Below are positions 1 through 12,810 of a stretch of 64,000 nucleotides of DNA, in pieces. Source of the DNA: Octopus sinensis (lineage: Eukaryota); assembly GCF_006345805.1 (NCBI RefSeq), contig NC_043009.1, forward strand, positions 37,262,001 to 37,326,000. Direction: 5' to 3'. A program made the position numbers and the translations under genes. Positions within the stretch are counted from its first letter, which is position 1. Each line of letters begins with the position of its first letter. Under the pieces are notes generated by a model. It made no database searches and had not been told where the DNA came from. It worked only from the letters and a program-made list of their open reading frames with translations.

Positions 1-29
1 TGTATGTATATTATGTATGTATGTATATA

Positions 30-67
<38 letters not shown>

Positions 68-132
68 TGGCGTATATATATATATATCTATTATCTACGC
101 ATACATATATATTTTATATATAGAATCGCACA

Positions 133-1340
133 CAGGGTGTTCGGCTTAAATCTGATGGTTTGCACAAAAGGAAAAGAAAGCACTATATCTCAATCAAAAA
201 CAAAAGTTGTTTTTTTTTTAAATCATAAAACATCAACTAGATTATGGCTGGGAGATAACTGTTTCCTCAAAAGTAATCGCCCTCAGCTCCCACCACGGCC
301 TTAAAACGGCTCCGGAATCTGGTTCATGCGTTCATCAGTGTCCCTGGGAAGATCTTCGAACACCTCCTTGATCTTGTCTACCATCTCAGCCTTGGTATTA
401 CAGACAGAGCAGTTGGTATCTTTCTTAACCGCGCCTCACACGTAGTAAGTCATGTTTGTTTGTTCCTTCTCGAGCCATACCTGGCTCATAAGGGCCGGTT
501 TCCCGGTTTCCTTGGCGTATAGGTTCCCCACCTGGACGGGACGCCGGTCCATTGCAGGTGAGCTGCAAGATGCAGAAGGAAAGAGTGAGAGAAAGTTGTG
601 GCGAAAGAGTCAGCTGAAGTTCGCCATTACCTTCTGCCGGAGCCGCACGGAGCTTAGGTGTTTCGCTCATAAACACACACATCGCCCTGTCTGAGATTCG
701 AACCCGCAATCCCTCGACCGTGAGTCCGCTGCTCTAACCACTAGGCCATGTGCCTCCACTAGTAAGCCGTGCGATTACAATCGGGAGAATTAGGAAGCCA
801 GAAAATGGGGCTGGTGAAATCGTAGAAATTCCCCGACAACTACTTCCGATTCTTTCCGAATACAGCAAGGAGTCAAATCCTGATCCCACACTTATGAGCT
901 CCCTCGGCAACTCTTTCCAGTCAGCGTTTGACTACAGTCTCCAGCAGCTTCACATAGCCGTCGGAATTTAGTCTGAAGCCCTGTTCAAATACGTGGAGCG
1001 GCATGATGTCACCCTGACAGGAGACACCCCCAAACCATGACAGTTTTGGGGAACATCGTTTACATGACGATTATGTCACCACTTACAGAATTTACAGTGT
1101 TCACAGAGCATTGAGCAGCAGTCATGTTGTCGGATTTTGATACCCGGCGTGAATCATCATAACACAGGTAACTTTTTTTCCAATATTCAGATATTTTCCA
1201 ATCCCCCATGTTAGCTAACTTTTTCTCAACTACAGTTTTAGTCCTTATGTTCTCCAACGCCGTTGACCGTTCACCAATGCATAAAACTGTTCCTGAAAAA
1301 TGTAGATATAAATATCGTCAAATTTAATCCGAACACCCTG
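133..1340 (-). mobile_element. Decayed Tc1/mariner element (maT/DD37D-like), interrupted by a SINE
   Basis: TIRs cagggtgttcgg..taaat (133) and atttaatccgaacaccctg|ta (1340). Minus-strand transposase relics VMVWGCVSCQGDIMPLHVFEQG..GYVKLLETVV, FWLPNSPDCN and RFRSRFKAVVGAEGDYF. Confidence 0.8.
450..759 (-). mobile_element. tRNA-derived SINE (family C variant)
   Basis: Head gtggaggcacaTGGCCTAGTGGttag...GGTTCGAATC with A/B boxes. TSD tagtaag at 443-449 and 760-766. Near-identical copy at 23537-23820. Confidence 0.9.
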
Positions 1341-2335
1341 TATACGTATGTGTGCATATTTGTGTGTGCGAGTGCCTCTGTGTGAGCATGTGTGTGTGTG
1401 TGTGTGTGTGTGGTGTGCGCGTATATGCGCCACTGTAAAATCTGTCTCTTTTTTTTAGCTGTGTCTCCATGTGCTCTGTAGGCTAACGGATCGACGAAAA
1501 AGATTGATAAAATAAGTATTATACTGAAATATGAACTTGAAGCAATATGATTAACAAAATCAGGTCTTTTCAACTTGAGCGGTTTCAATTCTTGTATGGG
1601 CTGTGAAACAACGTACTGAAAATGTTGACTATTTTGAAATGTTACCAACATTTTGCATAATTAAATTACCAAGTAACTCTTTGGTACTACAGATTATAGT
1701 AGTTCATATGGTTCTGTATATATATATATATACATCTGTATTAGCCTATGTGTAAGTAGGTATATTATACATATATACGCAACTGTCTCATATACGCAAA
1801 TTTCTCATACAATTTATGTATGACACATTTCAAGTGGCAGGCTATTATTAAGTACAATTGAACATAAAATTTAGCCATCTTGTTTTCCATCAATTATTTA
1901 TGACTATTCTGAAAATTTTCCATACCCTAATGACTCCGATGAATAAAATTTGACGCCAATTATGATGTTTGTGCATTTATTGCTTCTCCGGAGAGAACTT
2001 TAAGCAATGAAACCATGAAACCTTCTCGAATGAAGTCTCATTTGTATTCTAAGTATTTTGGTCGGGAGGCGAAGTTTATATATTTCTTTCAACATAAGGC
2101 TTAATTCGAAAAACATTGTTCTCGGCATTTCAGAAGGCTACTACACTGTGTTATAACAGCATGATTGCATCGTACAATATTGTGTTACACATCACGAAGA
2201 CCAGTAAGTTCCACTTTATAAGAAGATCACTATTTTTGATTTATTGATAAAATTCTATTGACTGTTATAGAAAAAAGAAGTTTTACTCCGTCACCAGGAC
2301 ACTTCCACTCAGTAACGATGAAATTACTAGACTTA

Positions 2336-2367
<32 letters not shown>

Positions 2368-2370
2368 ATC

Positions 2371-2410
<40 letters not shown>

Positions 2411-2431
2411 ATATATATAATAATATTTATA

Positions 2432-2640
2432 GTTAATCCAACATGAACAAGAGAAAACACAACAACGCAAGGACGTGGAACAAGTATAGTGTTATTGGAC
2501 GCTTAGGAAAGGAAGGAAAGAAAGAGGATTTAACGTTTCGAGCGGAGCTCTTCGTCAGAAATATAGCAAAAAGAAAAAGTCCAAGGAAGGGAAGGAGAAA
2601 GAAAATTGCCAACGATACACATGCGGTCACATATTGAAAT
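2432..2640 (-). mobile_element. Short Penelope-like terminal element with hammerhead motif, next to a (TA)n tract
   Basis: Homologous to 57142-57315. Minus strand 2558-2531 reads CTGACGA-a-gagc-tcc-gctc-GAAACGTTA. Confidence 0.6.
2527..2562 (-). ncRNA. Minimal type I hammerhead ribozyme motif
   Basis: AUUU-CUGACGA-A-GAGC(UCC)GCUC-GAA-ACGU-U-AAAU: conserved core, 4-bp stem II, palindromic ACGU stem III and 4-bp stem I. Activity untested. Confidence 0.55.
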
Positions 2641-3644
2641 GACCGGAAGGGAATGGGTGAAGAAAAAGTTCTTTCAAAGACAGGAGAGTGCAAGAGAAGG
2701 AGGTATGTGTGTGTATGTGTGGGTATGTGTGTGCGCGTAGGTCTGTGTGTGTGTGTTATTTCTGCAGTGGTGACAGCCATGTCTTGATGGTATATGTTCA
2801 GTTGTCAATGAAAATATTCAACTCTATGAGGAATTATTGTTCGCTGATTATTGTTGTTTGACATTGATTAGTACTATTGGAGGTAGATACTGAGGCTAAT
2901 ACCGATGTTTGCCAAAAAGCAGCCACGATGTTCATTTCATCAAACTGTTTGATATATTTATAGAATTTTTTAAATAATAATCAACGGACAATTTGGTGAA
3001 TAAATCACTTTTATTTTTTATTTTTTAGCGATATATTCACAGAAATTAATGATCTTAGAGCGTTTTCAAAAGAAGCAGAAAACGCTTGCCGACTATAAAG
3101 TGTCCATTACTCCTTTCATTTCCAAATTAAACCTTTGTAAAGATGAACATTTCTAAACAGTAACTCCATAAATTTTAACAATTGGTTTGCCTGAAAGCTG
3201 AATTGGTTCATGAAGATATAATTAGCTATCGTGACTGTTATAATCATTGCACGACGAGATGATATGGTGATTCTAAGATATTGCGTTTTCTATTCCAGTC
3301 TAGATTAGTAACCTATTAGTCGATTGCGAAGACGTGTGCATGTTTTATTAGTTAGAAAATTACCATCATGCTGATGCTATATCGATTTCATGAGGAACAA
3401 GGTTTGTGATGTCATCAAATTATATCGAACTCATACACTAATCTATTGTAGAACTTATTTCTACACGATACCTGTAATATTGGCAATTTTCTTTACATTA
3501 GTTTCCTCTTCTATTTTCACCGTTATTTCCTTGTTCGTGGAGCTTGCGTGAAGAAGCATAAACAATTCACAGGAACAAGCAATTAAAAACAAAGAGAGAC
3601 TGTGTACCCGATAGAAACAGAAACTTGATATTCGTTGTCATTAA

Positions 3645-4230
3645 AGGCGGCGAGCTGGTAGAATCAGCACATCGGGCAAAATGCTTAGTGGTATATTTCG
3701 TCTGCCGCTACGTTCTGAGTTCAAATTCCGCCGAGGTCGACTATGACTTTCATCCTTTCGGAGTCGATTAAGTAAGTACCAGTTACGCACTGGGGTCGAT
3801 ATAATCGGCTTAACCCGTTTGTCTGTCCTTGTTTGTCCTCTCTGTGTTTAGCCCCTTGTGGGTAGTAAAGAAATAGGTATTTCGTCTGCCGTTACGTTCT
3901 GAGTTCAAATTCCGCCGAGGTCGACTTTGCCTTTCATCCTTTCGAGGTCGATAAATTAAGTACCAGTTACGCATTGGGGTTGATATAATCGACTTAATCC
4001 GTCTGTCTGTCCTTGTTTGTCTCCTCTGTATTTAGCCCCTTGTGGGCAGTACAGAAATAGGTATTTCGTCCGTCTTTAACGCTCTGAGTTCAAATTCCGC
4101 CAAGGTCTACTTTCTCTTTCATCCTTTCGGAATTGATAAAATAAGTACCAGTTGAGCACTGAGATCGATGTAATCGACAAACCCCAATTCCCAAAATAGC
4201 TGACCTCGCGCCAAAATTTGAAACCAATAT
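3645..4230 (+). mobile_element. SINE family A (Nin/Deu-domain-like core), tandem of about 3 units
   Basis: Head ggcggcgagctgg..gagttcaaattcc and core gcctttcatcctttcggggtcgataaattaagtaccag, repeated head-to-tail. Confidence 0.88.
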
Positions 4231-4263
4231 TATTTATTATCATTAGTGTACAATATTGGCAGA

Positions 4264-4649
4264 GGGGGAGCACTCCGTCGGTTACGACGATGAGGGTCCC
4301 AGCTGATACGATCAACGGAACAGCTTGCTCGTGGAATTAACGTGCATGTGGCTGAGCACTCCACAGACACGTGTACCCTTAACGTAGTTCTCGAGGAGAT
4401 TCAGCGTGACACAGAGTGTGACAAGGCTGGCCCTTTGAAATACAGGTACAACAGAAACAGGAAGAAAGAGTGAGAGAAAGTTGTGGTGAAAGAGTACAGC
4501 AGGGTTCACCACCACCCCCTGCAGGAGCCTCGTGAAGCTTTAGGTGTTTTCGCTCAATAAACACTCACAATGCCCGGTCTGGGAATCGAAACCGCGATCC
4601 TACGACCGCGAGTCCACTGCCCTAACCACTGGGCCATTGCGCCTCCACT
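4264..4649 (-). mobile_element. tRNA-derived SINE family C
   Basis: tRNA-like head gtggaggcgcaatggcccagtggttagggcag. 12-bp TSD aatattggcaga at 4252-4263 and 4650-4661. Confidence 0.92.
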
Positions 4650-4917
4650 AATATTGGCAGAATCGGTTAAGTGGCGAGTAAATGGTAAACTATATGTAGT
4701 TACGTCTATTTACTTTCAAATTCCTCCGGGAGTTAGATCTGTATTTCCTATTTCTCAGTTTCAATGAATTAAAATAACAGTTAAGTACAGGAAAATAATT
4801 GAACTCGATTACTTATGATTGGGGTCTTAGCCCCTATGTGAAAAATCCTTGTCAACCTTTGTTACATTACAGAATACATAGTCTCTAAATTCGTTGCCAT
4901 TTATTTCTTGACAAAAT

Positions 4918-5322
4918 ATAGGCATAGGAGTGACTGTGTGGTAGTAATTTGCTAACGAACCACATGGTTCTGGGTTCAGTCCCACTGCGTGGCACCTTGG
5001 GCAAGTGTCTTTTACTATAGCCTCGGGCCGATCAAAGCTTTGTGAGTGGATTTGGTAAACGGAAACTGAAAGAAGCCCGTCATATATATGTATATGTATG
5101 TATGTGTGTGTGTATATGTTTGTGTGTCTGTGTATGTCCCCCCAACATCGCTTGACAACCGACGCTGTTGTGTTTACGTCCCCGGAATTTAGCAGTTCGG
5201 CAAAATAGAATAAGTACAAGGCTTACAAAGAATAAGTCCTGGGGTCGATATGCTCGCCTAAAGGCGGTGCTCCAGCATGGCCACAGTCAAATGACTGAAA
5301 CAAGTAACAGAGTAAAAGAGTA
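4918..5322 (+). mobile_element. SINE family B (tRNA-like head, CORE-like ccttgggcaag, internal microsatellite)
   Basis: Matches copies at 6064-6475, 50505-51080 and 58350-58722. 3' end ccagcatggccacagtcaaatgactgaaacaagt(aaaagagt)n. Confidence 0.88.
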
Positions 5323-5387
5323 ATGACAGTAAAAGGAATAAGCAAGAAAATAAGAAACATTTTGGGCGTAAGCGTGGTTGTGTGGCA

Positions 5388-5416
5388 TAGGGTTAGGATT
5401 AGGGTTAGGGCTAGGG
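5388..5416 (+). repeat. Short interstitial (TTAGGG)n-like tract
   Basis: tagggttaggattagggttagggctaggg. Confidence 0.65.
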
Positions 5417-5601
5417 TAGTAACCCGCCACTTACCTGATTCTGCCAATATTGTACACTAATGATAATAAATAATATTGGTTTCAAATTTTGGAGCAAGGT
5501 CAGCTGTTTTGGGAATTGGGGTTTATCGATTACATCGATCTCAGTGCTCAACTGGTACTTATTTTATCAACTCCGAAAGGATGAAAGAGAATGTCGACCT
5601 T

Positions 5602-5758
5602 GTGTAGTAAGAAGTTTGCTTCCTCACCACATAGTCTCGGTTTCAGTCCCACTGCATGGCACTGTGGAGCAAGTGTATTTTACTATAATCTCGGGCCGAC
5701 GAAAGCCTTGTGAATGTATTTAGTAGACGAAAAGAAGCTCAGCGTATGTGTGTATGTA

Positions 5759-5810
<52 letters not shown>

Positions 5811-6227
5811 CGTGCGTGTTAGTATTTGTCCTTCACCACTGCTTGACAACCAGTGTTGGTTTGTTTACGTCCCCGTATACTTGAGGTTCGGCAACAGAGA
5901 CCAATAGAATAAGTGCTAGACTTAGAAACAAACAAACAAACAAAAAAACAGAATACTGGAGTTGATTTGTTCGACTAAACTCTTCAAGGTGGTGCTCTAG
6001 CATGGCCGTAGTCCAATAACTAGAACAAGTAAAAAAAAATAAATAAAAGATTAAGATTATTAAGAGGCGCAGGAGTGGCTGTGTGGTAAGTAGCTTGCTA
6101 ACCAACCACATGGTTCCGGGTTCAGTCCCACTGCGTGGCACCTTGGGCAAGGGTCTTCTGCTATAGCCTCGGGCCGACCAAAGCCTTGTGAGTGGATTTG
6201 GTAGACAGAAACTGAAAGAAGCCCGTC

Positions 6228-6266
<39 letters not shown>

Positions 6267-6475
6267 TGTGTGTGTGTGTGTGTGTGTCTGTGTTTGTCCC
6301 CTAGCATTTCTTGACAACCAATGCTGGTGTGTTTATGTCCCCGTTACTTAGCGGTTCGGCAAAAAGAGACCGATAGAATAAGTACTGGGCTTACAAAAGA
6401 ATAAGTCCCGGGGTCGAGTTGCTCGATTAAAGGCGGTGCTCCAGCATGGCCGCAGTCAAATGACTCAAACAAAAA
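5602..6475 (+). mobile_element. Two SINE family B copies (diverged 5602-6040; well conserved 6064-6475)
   Basis: Same head, CORE-like motif and 3' tail as the other B copies. Confidence 0.85.
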
Positions 6476-7011
6476 AAAAAATAGTACTTACTTTGTGTTC
6501 TGAAGGATCCAAACACTGTAAGGCATTGCAAAAATCCGTTGCAATCAACCCCGCCGAACAGATACCCCAACGCATCGTTTCACGTTCTGAAATAGACTAA
6601 CGGAATAAACTTGTATTTGGTGGTCGCTGTATCTGTTACAAACAAGTAGGTCAGTTTACGTACACATACCTCTTTTATATAACCTTATATATGGACTTTT
6701 AAATTCTTATCTTTCAAGCTCATTTCCAAGTTATTTGTTTCTATCTAATCTCGATATCTAAACTCAATAGTTGTCGATAATATTCGAATTTTCTCTGATT
6801 ACTTTTTATTAAATCATTAATCTATAAAATTTACACGTGCGCGTGTATGCGTGATTGTGTGTGCGTGCAGGCGTGTGTGTGTGTGTGTGCTTCTATATTC
6901 CAATGACCTAGATACTGTCACATCTAACAGCACCCACATTAATCCTCATGACATTTGTCAATTCTCTCTAACTTTCCCTGACAATAAATCATCCACACAG
7001 CCTTAGAAACC

Positions 7012-7678
7012 TATTTCTTTACTACCCACAAGGGGCTAAACACAGAGAGGACGAACAAGGACAGACAAACGGATTAAGTCGATTATATCGACTCCAGTGC
7101 GTAACTGGTACTTATTCAATCAACCATGAAAGGATGAAAGGCAAAGTCGACATCAGTGGAATTTGAACTCAGAACGTAACGGCAGACGAAATACTGCTAA
7201 GCATTTCGTCCGGCGTGCTAACAACTCTGCCAGCTCGCTGCCTTACACAGCCTTAGATACCTATTTCTTTACTACCCACAAAGGGCTAAACACAGAGAGG
7301 ACAAACAAGGACAGACAAACGGATTAAGTCGATTATATCGACTCCAGTCCGTAACTGATACTTATTTAATCGACCCCGAAAGGATGAAAGGCAAAGTCGA
7401 CCTCGGCGGAATTTGAACTCAGAACGTAGCGGCAGAAGAAATACATATTTCTTTACTACCAACAAGGGGCTAAACACAGAGAGGACGAACAAGGACAGAC
7501 AAACGCATTAAGTCGATTATATCGACTCCAGTGCGTAACTGGTACTTATTTAATCGACCCCGAAAGGATGAAAGGCAAAGTCGACCTCGGTGGAATTTGA
7601 ACTCAGAACGTAACGGCAGACGAAATACCGCTAAGCATTTCGCCCGGCGTGCTAACAACTCTACCAGCTCGCTGCCTT
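7012..7678 (-). mobile_element. SINE family A tandem array
   Basis: Three units. The 17-bp flank acacagccttagawacc occurs three times (6995-7011, 7245-7261, 7679-7695). Confidence 0.9.
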
Positions 7679-8089
7679 ACACAGCCTTAGATACCATTCA
7701 CCAAACTGCGTTGATTTGATGAATGAAGACCGCGGGAGCACCTTCCTGTAAGGTTATGCCAACCTTGGTTCATTTAAAGCTATACTCAGATCAAAAAAAC
7801 ACCACCGCAACTCACCTCCCTAAGCACAAACGGCACTCAGCTCGAAATGCTGGGCTTCATTAGCTTCATACAATTAGATGTCTAAATGAATAAAACGAAA
7901 TCTTTCATCTTACATTCTTTTACCCTTTTTTTTTAAACTCTTTTACTTGTTTCAGTCATTTGACTGTGGCCATGCTGGAGCACCGCCTTTTGTCGAGCAA
8001 ATCGACCCCAGGACTTATTCTTTGTAAGCCTAGTATTTATTCTATCGGTCCCTTTTGCCGAACTGATAAATGATATAAACATGAACCTA

Positions 8090-8353
8090 TTAAAGTACTA
8101 GAAAGTAAGAAATAGAAAGTTCTGGTAAAATGTATCCCAGTAGTTACAGATGCATCTGGAACTATTTGAACAGATGGATAGATGAAATATGCATAAAACC
8201 CAGTTTAGTACAGCTCCAGAAAACAGTTTTATTAGGGATAACTAGGATACCTAGGAGGGTTCTCGGCATCTAAGGTTACTTGTTGTAGCCCGATATTAGG
8301 ATTGTTTTCTGTTCCAACAGTCTAATTTGTTGTGTGTATTTGAATAATAATAA
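8090..8353 (+). mobile_element. 3' relic of an RLE-type (R4/Dong-like) non-LTR retrotransposon
   Basis: Translates KCIPVVTDASGTI...LVQLQKTVLLGITRIPRRVLGI*, resembling the RLE C-terminal motif IPVVIGALG..LQK..LLGTARILR. Followed by a (TAA)n tail. Confidence 0.6.
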
Positions 8354-9215
8354 TCCTTTCTACTATAGGCACAAGGCCTGAAATTTTTTTGGGGGGTGGG
8401 GGCAGTAATTCGCTTACATTGACCCCGGTACACAACTCGTACTTAACTTATCGACCCCGAAAGGATTAAAGGTAAATCAATTCCGACGGAATTTGAACTC
8501 AGAACGTAGCAGAAGACGAAATACATATTTCTTTACTGCCCACAAGGGGTTAAACACAGAAGGGACAAACAAGGACAGACAAACGGATTAAGTCGATTAT
8601 ATCGACCCCAGTTCGAAAGGATGAAAGGCAAAGTCGACCTCGGCGGAATTTGAACTCATAACGTAGCGGCAGACGAAATACCGCTAAGCATTTCGCCCGG
8701 CGTGCTAACGCTTCTTATTTCTTTATTGCCCACAAGGGACTAAACATAGAGGGGGACAAACAAGAACAGACAAAGGGATTAAGTCGATTACATCGACCCC
8801 GGTGCGTAACTGGTACTTTATTTATCGACCCCGAAAGGATGAAAGGCAAAGTCGACCTCGGCGGAATTTGAACTCACAACGTAACGACAGACGAAATACG
8901 GCTACGCATTTCGCCCGGTGTGCTAACGTTTCTGCCAGCTCACCGCCTTTGATAGGCGAAATACCTCTAGGTATTTCATCCGGCGTACTAACGATTCTGC
9001 CAAACTAAGGCGGTGGGCTGGATTAATCGTTAGCACGCAGGGCAGAATGCCTAGCGGTATTTCGCCCGTCTTCATGCTCTGAGTTCAAATTCCGTCGAGG
9101 TCAATTTTGCATTTCATCCTTCCGGGGTCTATAAATTAAGTACCTGTGAAATACTGGGGTCGATGCAATCAACTACCATCTCCCCTCAAATTTCAGACCT
9201 TGTGCCTTTAGTAGA
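8354..9215. mobile_element. Cluster of SINE family A copies (minus 8354-9005, plus 9007-9215)
   Basis: Repeated A core in both orientations. Confidence 0.85.
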
Positions 9216-9220
9216 GGATT

Positions 9221-9240
9221 ATTACTATTATTATTATTAT

Positions 9241-9301
<61 letters not shown>

Positions 9302-9352
9302 GGTGGTGGTGGTGGTGGTGGTGGTGGTTTTGGTGGTGGTGGTGGTGGTGTG

Positions 9353-9396
<44 letters not shown>
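9221..9396. repeat. Compound (TAT)/(TAG)/(TGG) microsatellite
   Basis: Direct inspection. Confidence 0.95.
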
Positions 9397-10454
9397 TTGA
9401 TCACCGAGAGAAGCAAATACCTATTTTCCAATGTTTCTTTCTAAAGAAATTCAGTTTTGTCTGCAATTATATGATTGTAATTTTCTCTCGCAAATGATAC
9501 TCGATTGCTTTCCAGTCGGCTTTGTGAAGGGTAATTTCTGTGAATAGAAATTAAAGTAGTTGAGCTCTCAATAATCTTATTATAACTCGGTATGCCTTAC
9601 CTTACCAGGTGAACACACACACACACACACATGCAACTATATACATATATACAGGGAGAGAGAAAGAGAGAGAGAGACAGAGACAGACAGAGTGGGAGAG
9701 GTGTATAGCTGCCTTCGTTATTTTATAATTTTCACATTACCATTTTGCTGAATCAGTCATTAATCTGTATTAAATACTATATACTGACAGTCGGGGATTT
9801 ATCCAAACCATCAAGCGATAGAATAGTTACTACTGATGGGCTTTAATTTTAAGTGATACTAAAAAAATAGATGCAAGATATGTAGGGATATTGATCCATT
9901 TTTTAGGTAGAATGATATATATGTAGGATTCTAATACATTATGAGTAAAGTCCCACAGAGTTTAAAATGGGTCCTTCCAAATATAGAGTTTATACGCAAT
10001 GTAAGATTCCCTTATGAGTGAGAGCCAGCAGTTTTTAAACTTGATCATTCCAAGTACAGAATTTATACACAGTGTTGTAGAGTCAAAGATTTTTTACTTA
10101 AAGTGACCTAAAAATAGGGAGTGTATTAGTAGGGTCAAATCGAAAACAGGAAGAGAGGAATGAAGAAAGAGAAAAAAGAGAAGAGAAAAGTGAGAGAAGA
10201 AGGAGAAGAAAGTAAGAAGAAAAGTAATAAAATAATAACAAAATAATAGAAAATATAAAAAACCCTGAAGAGAGGGATAAAGGAAATAACGAAAAAAGAA
10301 AAAGAAAAATGAAGATATAGAACAGTCAGTGGTCAGTGAAGATAATTTGAAAGTAGGAGTGAGGAGATGAAGGGTGGAAGAGTGAGAAAGGTATTATAGT
10401 GTTAAAAAGATAGAAGGAATGGGTGGTGGTGGTAAAAGGTAAAGGAATGACAAA

Positions 10455-10920
10455 TGTGTAGTGATAGAGTCTAAGTGTATATTTCTTTATTATCCATATG
10501 GATTAACACAGATGAGGACAATACAATGTTTGGAGTCAACATGGAACTTTTTACAATGAAATCGGATATGAGTTATTTACAAAGGAATGAAATTACAATG
10601 AAAATTAAACAAGGACAAATAAACAAAGTAAACAATGAAGATAAAAGAACAGGATAGCAGACCCCACGGGCCCTGTTATTTTAGCTGCAACCTTTTGGTA
10701 GGTGATCGTGGCGTGTTCATGCAGGGCCTTTCACACCCAGCATCCGAGCGACACGCATCCATCTTTTTTTTAATACAGACTCTGTCAGACACCTTTTCTC
10801 TAGCTCCACCTTCCTCTTCAGATGGAATCTAAAGAAGTTCGTTAGGGCGGTGCCAGAGGTCATGGTGTCTGACAGTATACCTTTCATTCTGGTCTTCCAT
10901 ATAACCTCTTTCGCAACGGG
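10455..10920 (-). mobile_element. L1/Tx1-clade LINE 3' fragment
   Basis: VAKEVIWKTRMKGIL...FFRFHLKRKV...KKRWMRVAR, paralogous to the ORF at 11665-11955. Confidence 0.7.
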
Positions 10921-11429
10921 ACAGAGAGATGGGTTAGTAGTATGAAGAATTAAGGAATTTATGTTCAGCAGTTCAGTGCTTAGTAATATAAGAAAATATA
11001 TGTGAAGATGTATATACATGTATATATCAGACATGTTACACATACAATCCTTACTCGCATGCATATGCACACATACACACTCACGTATATGTGCATCTGC
11101 ATGTATCATTGTCCCTGTATACGCAGGCATATATACCTTGCATACATACGTATATTTACACATACCTACATATATACATATACGCATACACTCACTCATA
11201 CATATACACGCCCACATGGGTGTATGTGCATACATACAACTACAATCAGATGGTTGTACATGTGAGAAACTAGATAGGGATTAGAAGTTAGAATGTAGAT
11301 TTATAAGGTTATTGGGATTACCTAAGTGGTATTGTGGAAATGTACTGTATGGTCATTCTGGCATTTGGATTTGTGATAGAATTTGAATGTGTGATAAAAG
11401 CGGTGGTTGCATGTGCTTAGTGCCTCGTT

Positions 11430-12190
11430 ATGTTTTATCGCCGACCTGTTCCGAAGGACATTGGGGCCGGGGCCTTTGGATAATTTCCAAAAGTCTCTGG
11501 CTTGGCAATGTTACCGAGGAGCTTTACCAATTCGCGATAAACTCGCAAAGCATGGTGCTTCTTGCCTGCCCACGTACCCAAGGTGCGAGCAGAACGACGA
11601 AACCGTTCTGCACGCGATTGTACAGTGCTCGAGAATATCGGAAATGTGGGTTTAGGTCGAACAAATGCTGTCATGTCTTGGAAGAGTACAACTGTCCCCC
11701 GAGTCAATCATAAAGATTGTTCCACCTTCCTCCCTTAATCGAGAAGGAAAAGTCTGTTTTCTCGCTGTGGTTGCTATAGCAAAAGAGGTGGTGTGGAAGA
11801 TGCGAATGAAAGGAGTAGCGACATGCACCTTCATCTCCGGTCTCGCTCTAGTGAGCCTTTTTGTTTTCCATCTTAAAAGGAAAATAGACTGGAGAAGAGG
11901 TGTCTGTTACGTGATATATATGGGAAAAGATGGGAGGATATGGCGCGAGAGTTGAAAATGAGTGACTCCTTCTGATTCAAACCAATAGAAGTAGGGTAAG
12001 GCTTCAGTAGCGGACCGGGCTCCCACTCCATTGTATTGTCCCATTGTTTTGTGTTTCATCCATTTTATATCATAATTTTTTATAATATCGTCATTTTAAT
12101 GTAATAATCATTCGTGACACCAAAGTGTATTTTTATTGTCACCCCTCTGTGTTGGTTTCTGGTAAGCAATAAAGAAATCATTCATTTCCT
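11430..12190 (+). mobile_element. L1/Tx1-clade LINE 3' fragment (zf-RVT-like Cys/His domain)
   Basis: LDNFQKSLAWQCYRGALPIRDKL..PRCEQNDETVLHAIVQC, then IAKEVVWKMRMKG..FHLKRKI. Ends caataaagaaatcattc. Confidence 0.75.
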
Positions 12191-12203
12191 GAATGCAGGA
12201 AGT

Positions 12204-12810
12204 ATGCCAAACACACGAAATCAGAGGGAGCAAGCTATCGGACGTGTCCCTGCTGGTCAACGTCCATAGGCCATTGCTAGAGATTTGAACTGCAGTATTC
12301 GGACAACTGAATGGCTGAAAGAATGATACAATGTCACAAACAGCGCGGATGGTCGTTCATACAGTGGCCCACCAAGGGTTACAAAGGCACGTCAAGATCG
12401 TCACCTGTACCAACAAACAGCACTTGCAGGACCGATTCCAGATGGCAACGGAATCAGCTAGGCAGACCACAGGGACTCGCCACAGACCCATTTTTGCAGA
12501 GACCGTTCGCCGCCGGCTGAGATCTTTCAATCTGTCTTCGTGACTTCCGGCTAGGGGCCCCATCCTTACAGATCTTCATCGACGGGCACGTCTGCAGTAG
12601 GCTCAAAAACGTCAGAACTGGCAATATCAGCAGTGGAGGACTGTAATCTTCTATGACGAAAGTCAATATTGCATTTCTGTGGCAGATGACAGAGCTAGGG
12701 TTTGGAGAAGAAGAAATGAACGTCATGTCGATGGCTGTGTGGTGGAGAGAGATTTATGGGGGGGGGGGGGGCAAAGCATCATGGTATGGGGCGGGATTGC
12801 ACTCAACCAG
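12204..12810 (+). pseudogene. Tc1-family transposase relic
   Basis: HLQDRFQMATESARQTTG..ETVRRRLR..GPILTDLHRRARL..WRTVIFYDESQY..RVWRRRNERH..MVWGGI, with stops and frameshifts. Confidence 0.85.

Noticed and set aside
4570-4649. tRNA gene-like A/B box sequences
   Set aside because: They are SINE heads continuous with SINE bodies and TSDs, not standalone tRNAs.
7286-7719. Recurrent peptides RSEFKFRRGRLCLSSFRGR / RPRKDERQSRPRRNLNSER, MFIERKHLKLHEAPAG and CPRCHAVGLNPEPCG
   Set aside because: Chance frames through SINE families A, C and B.
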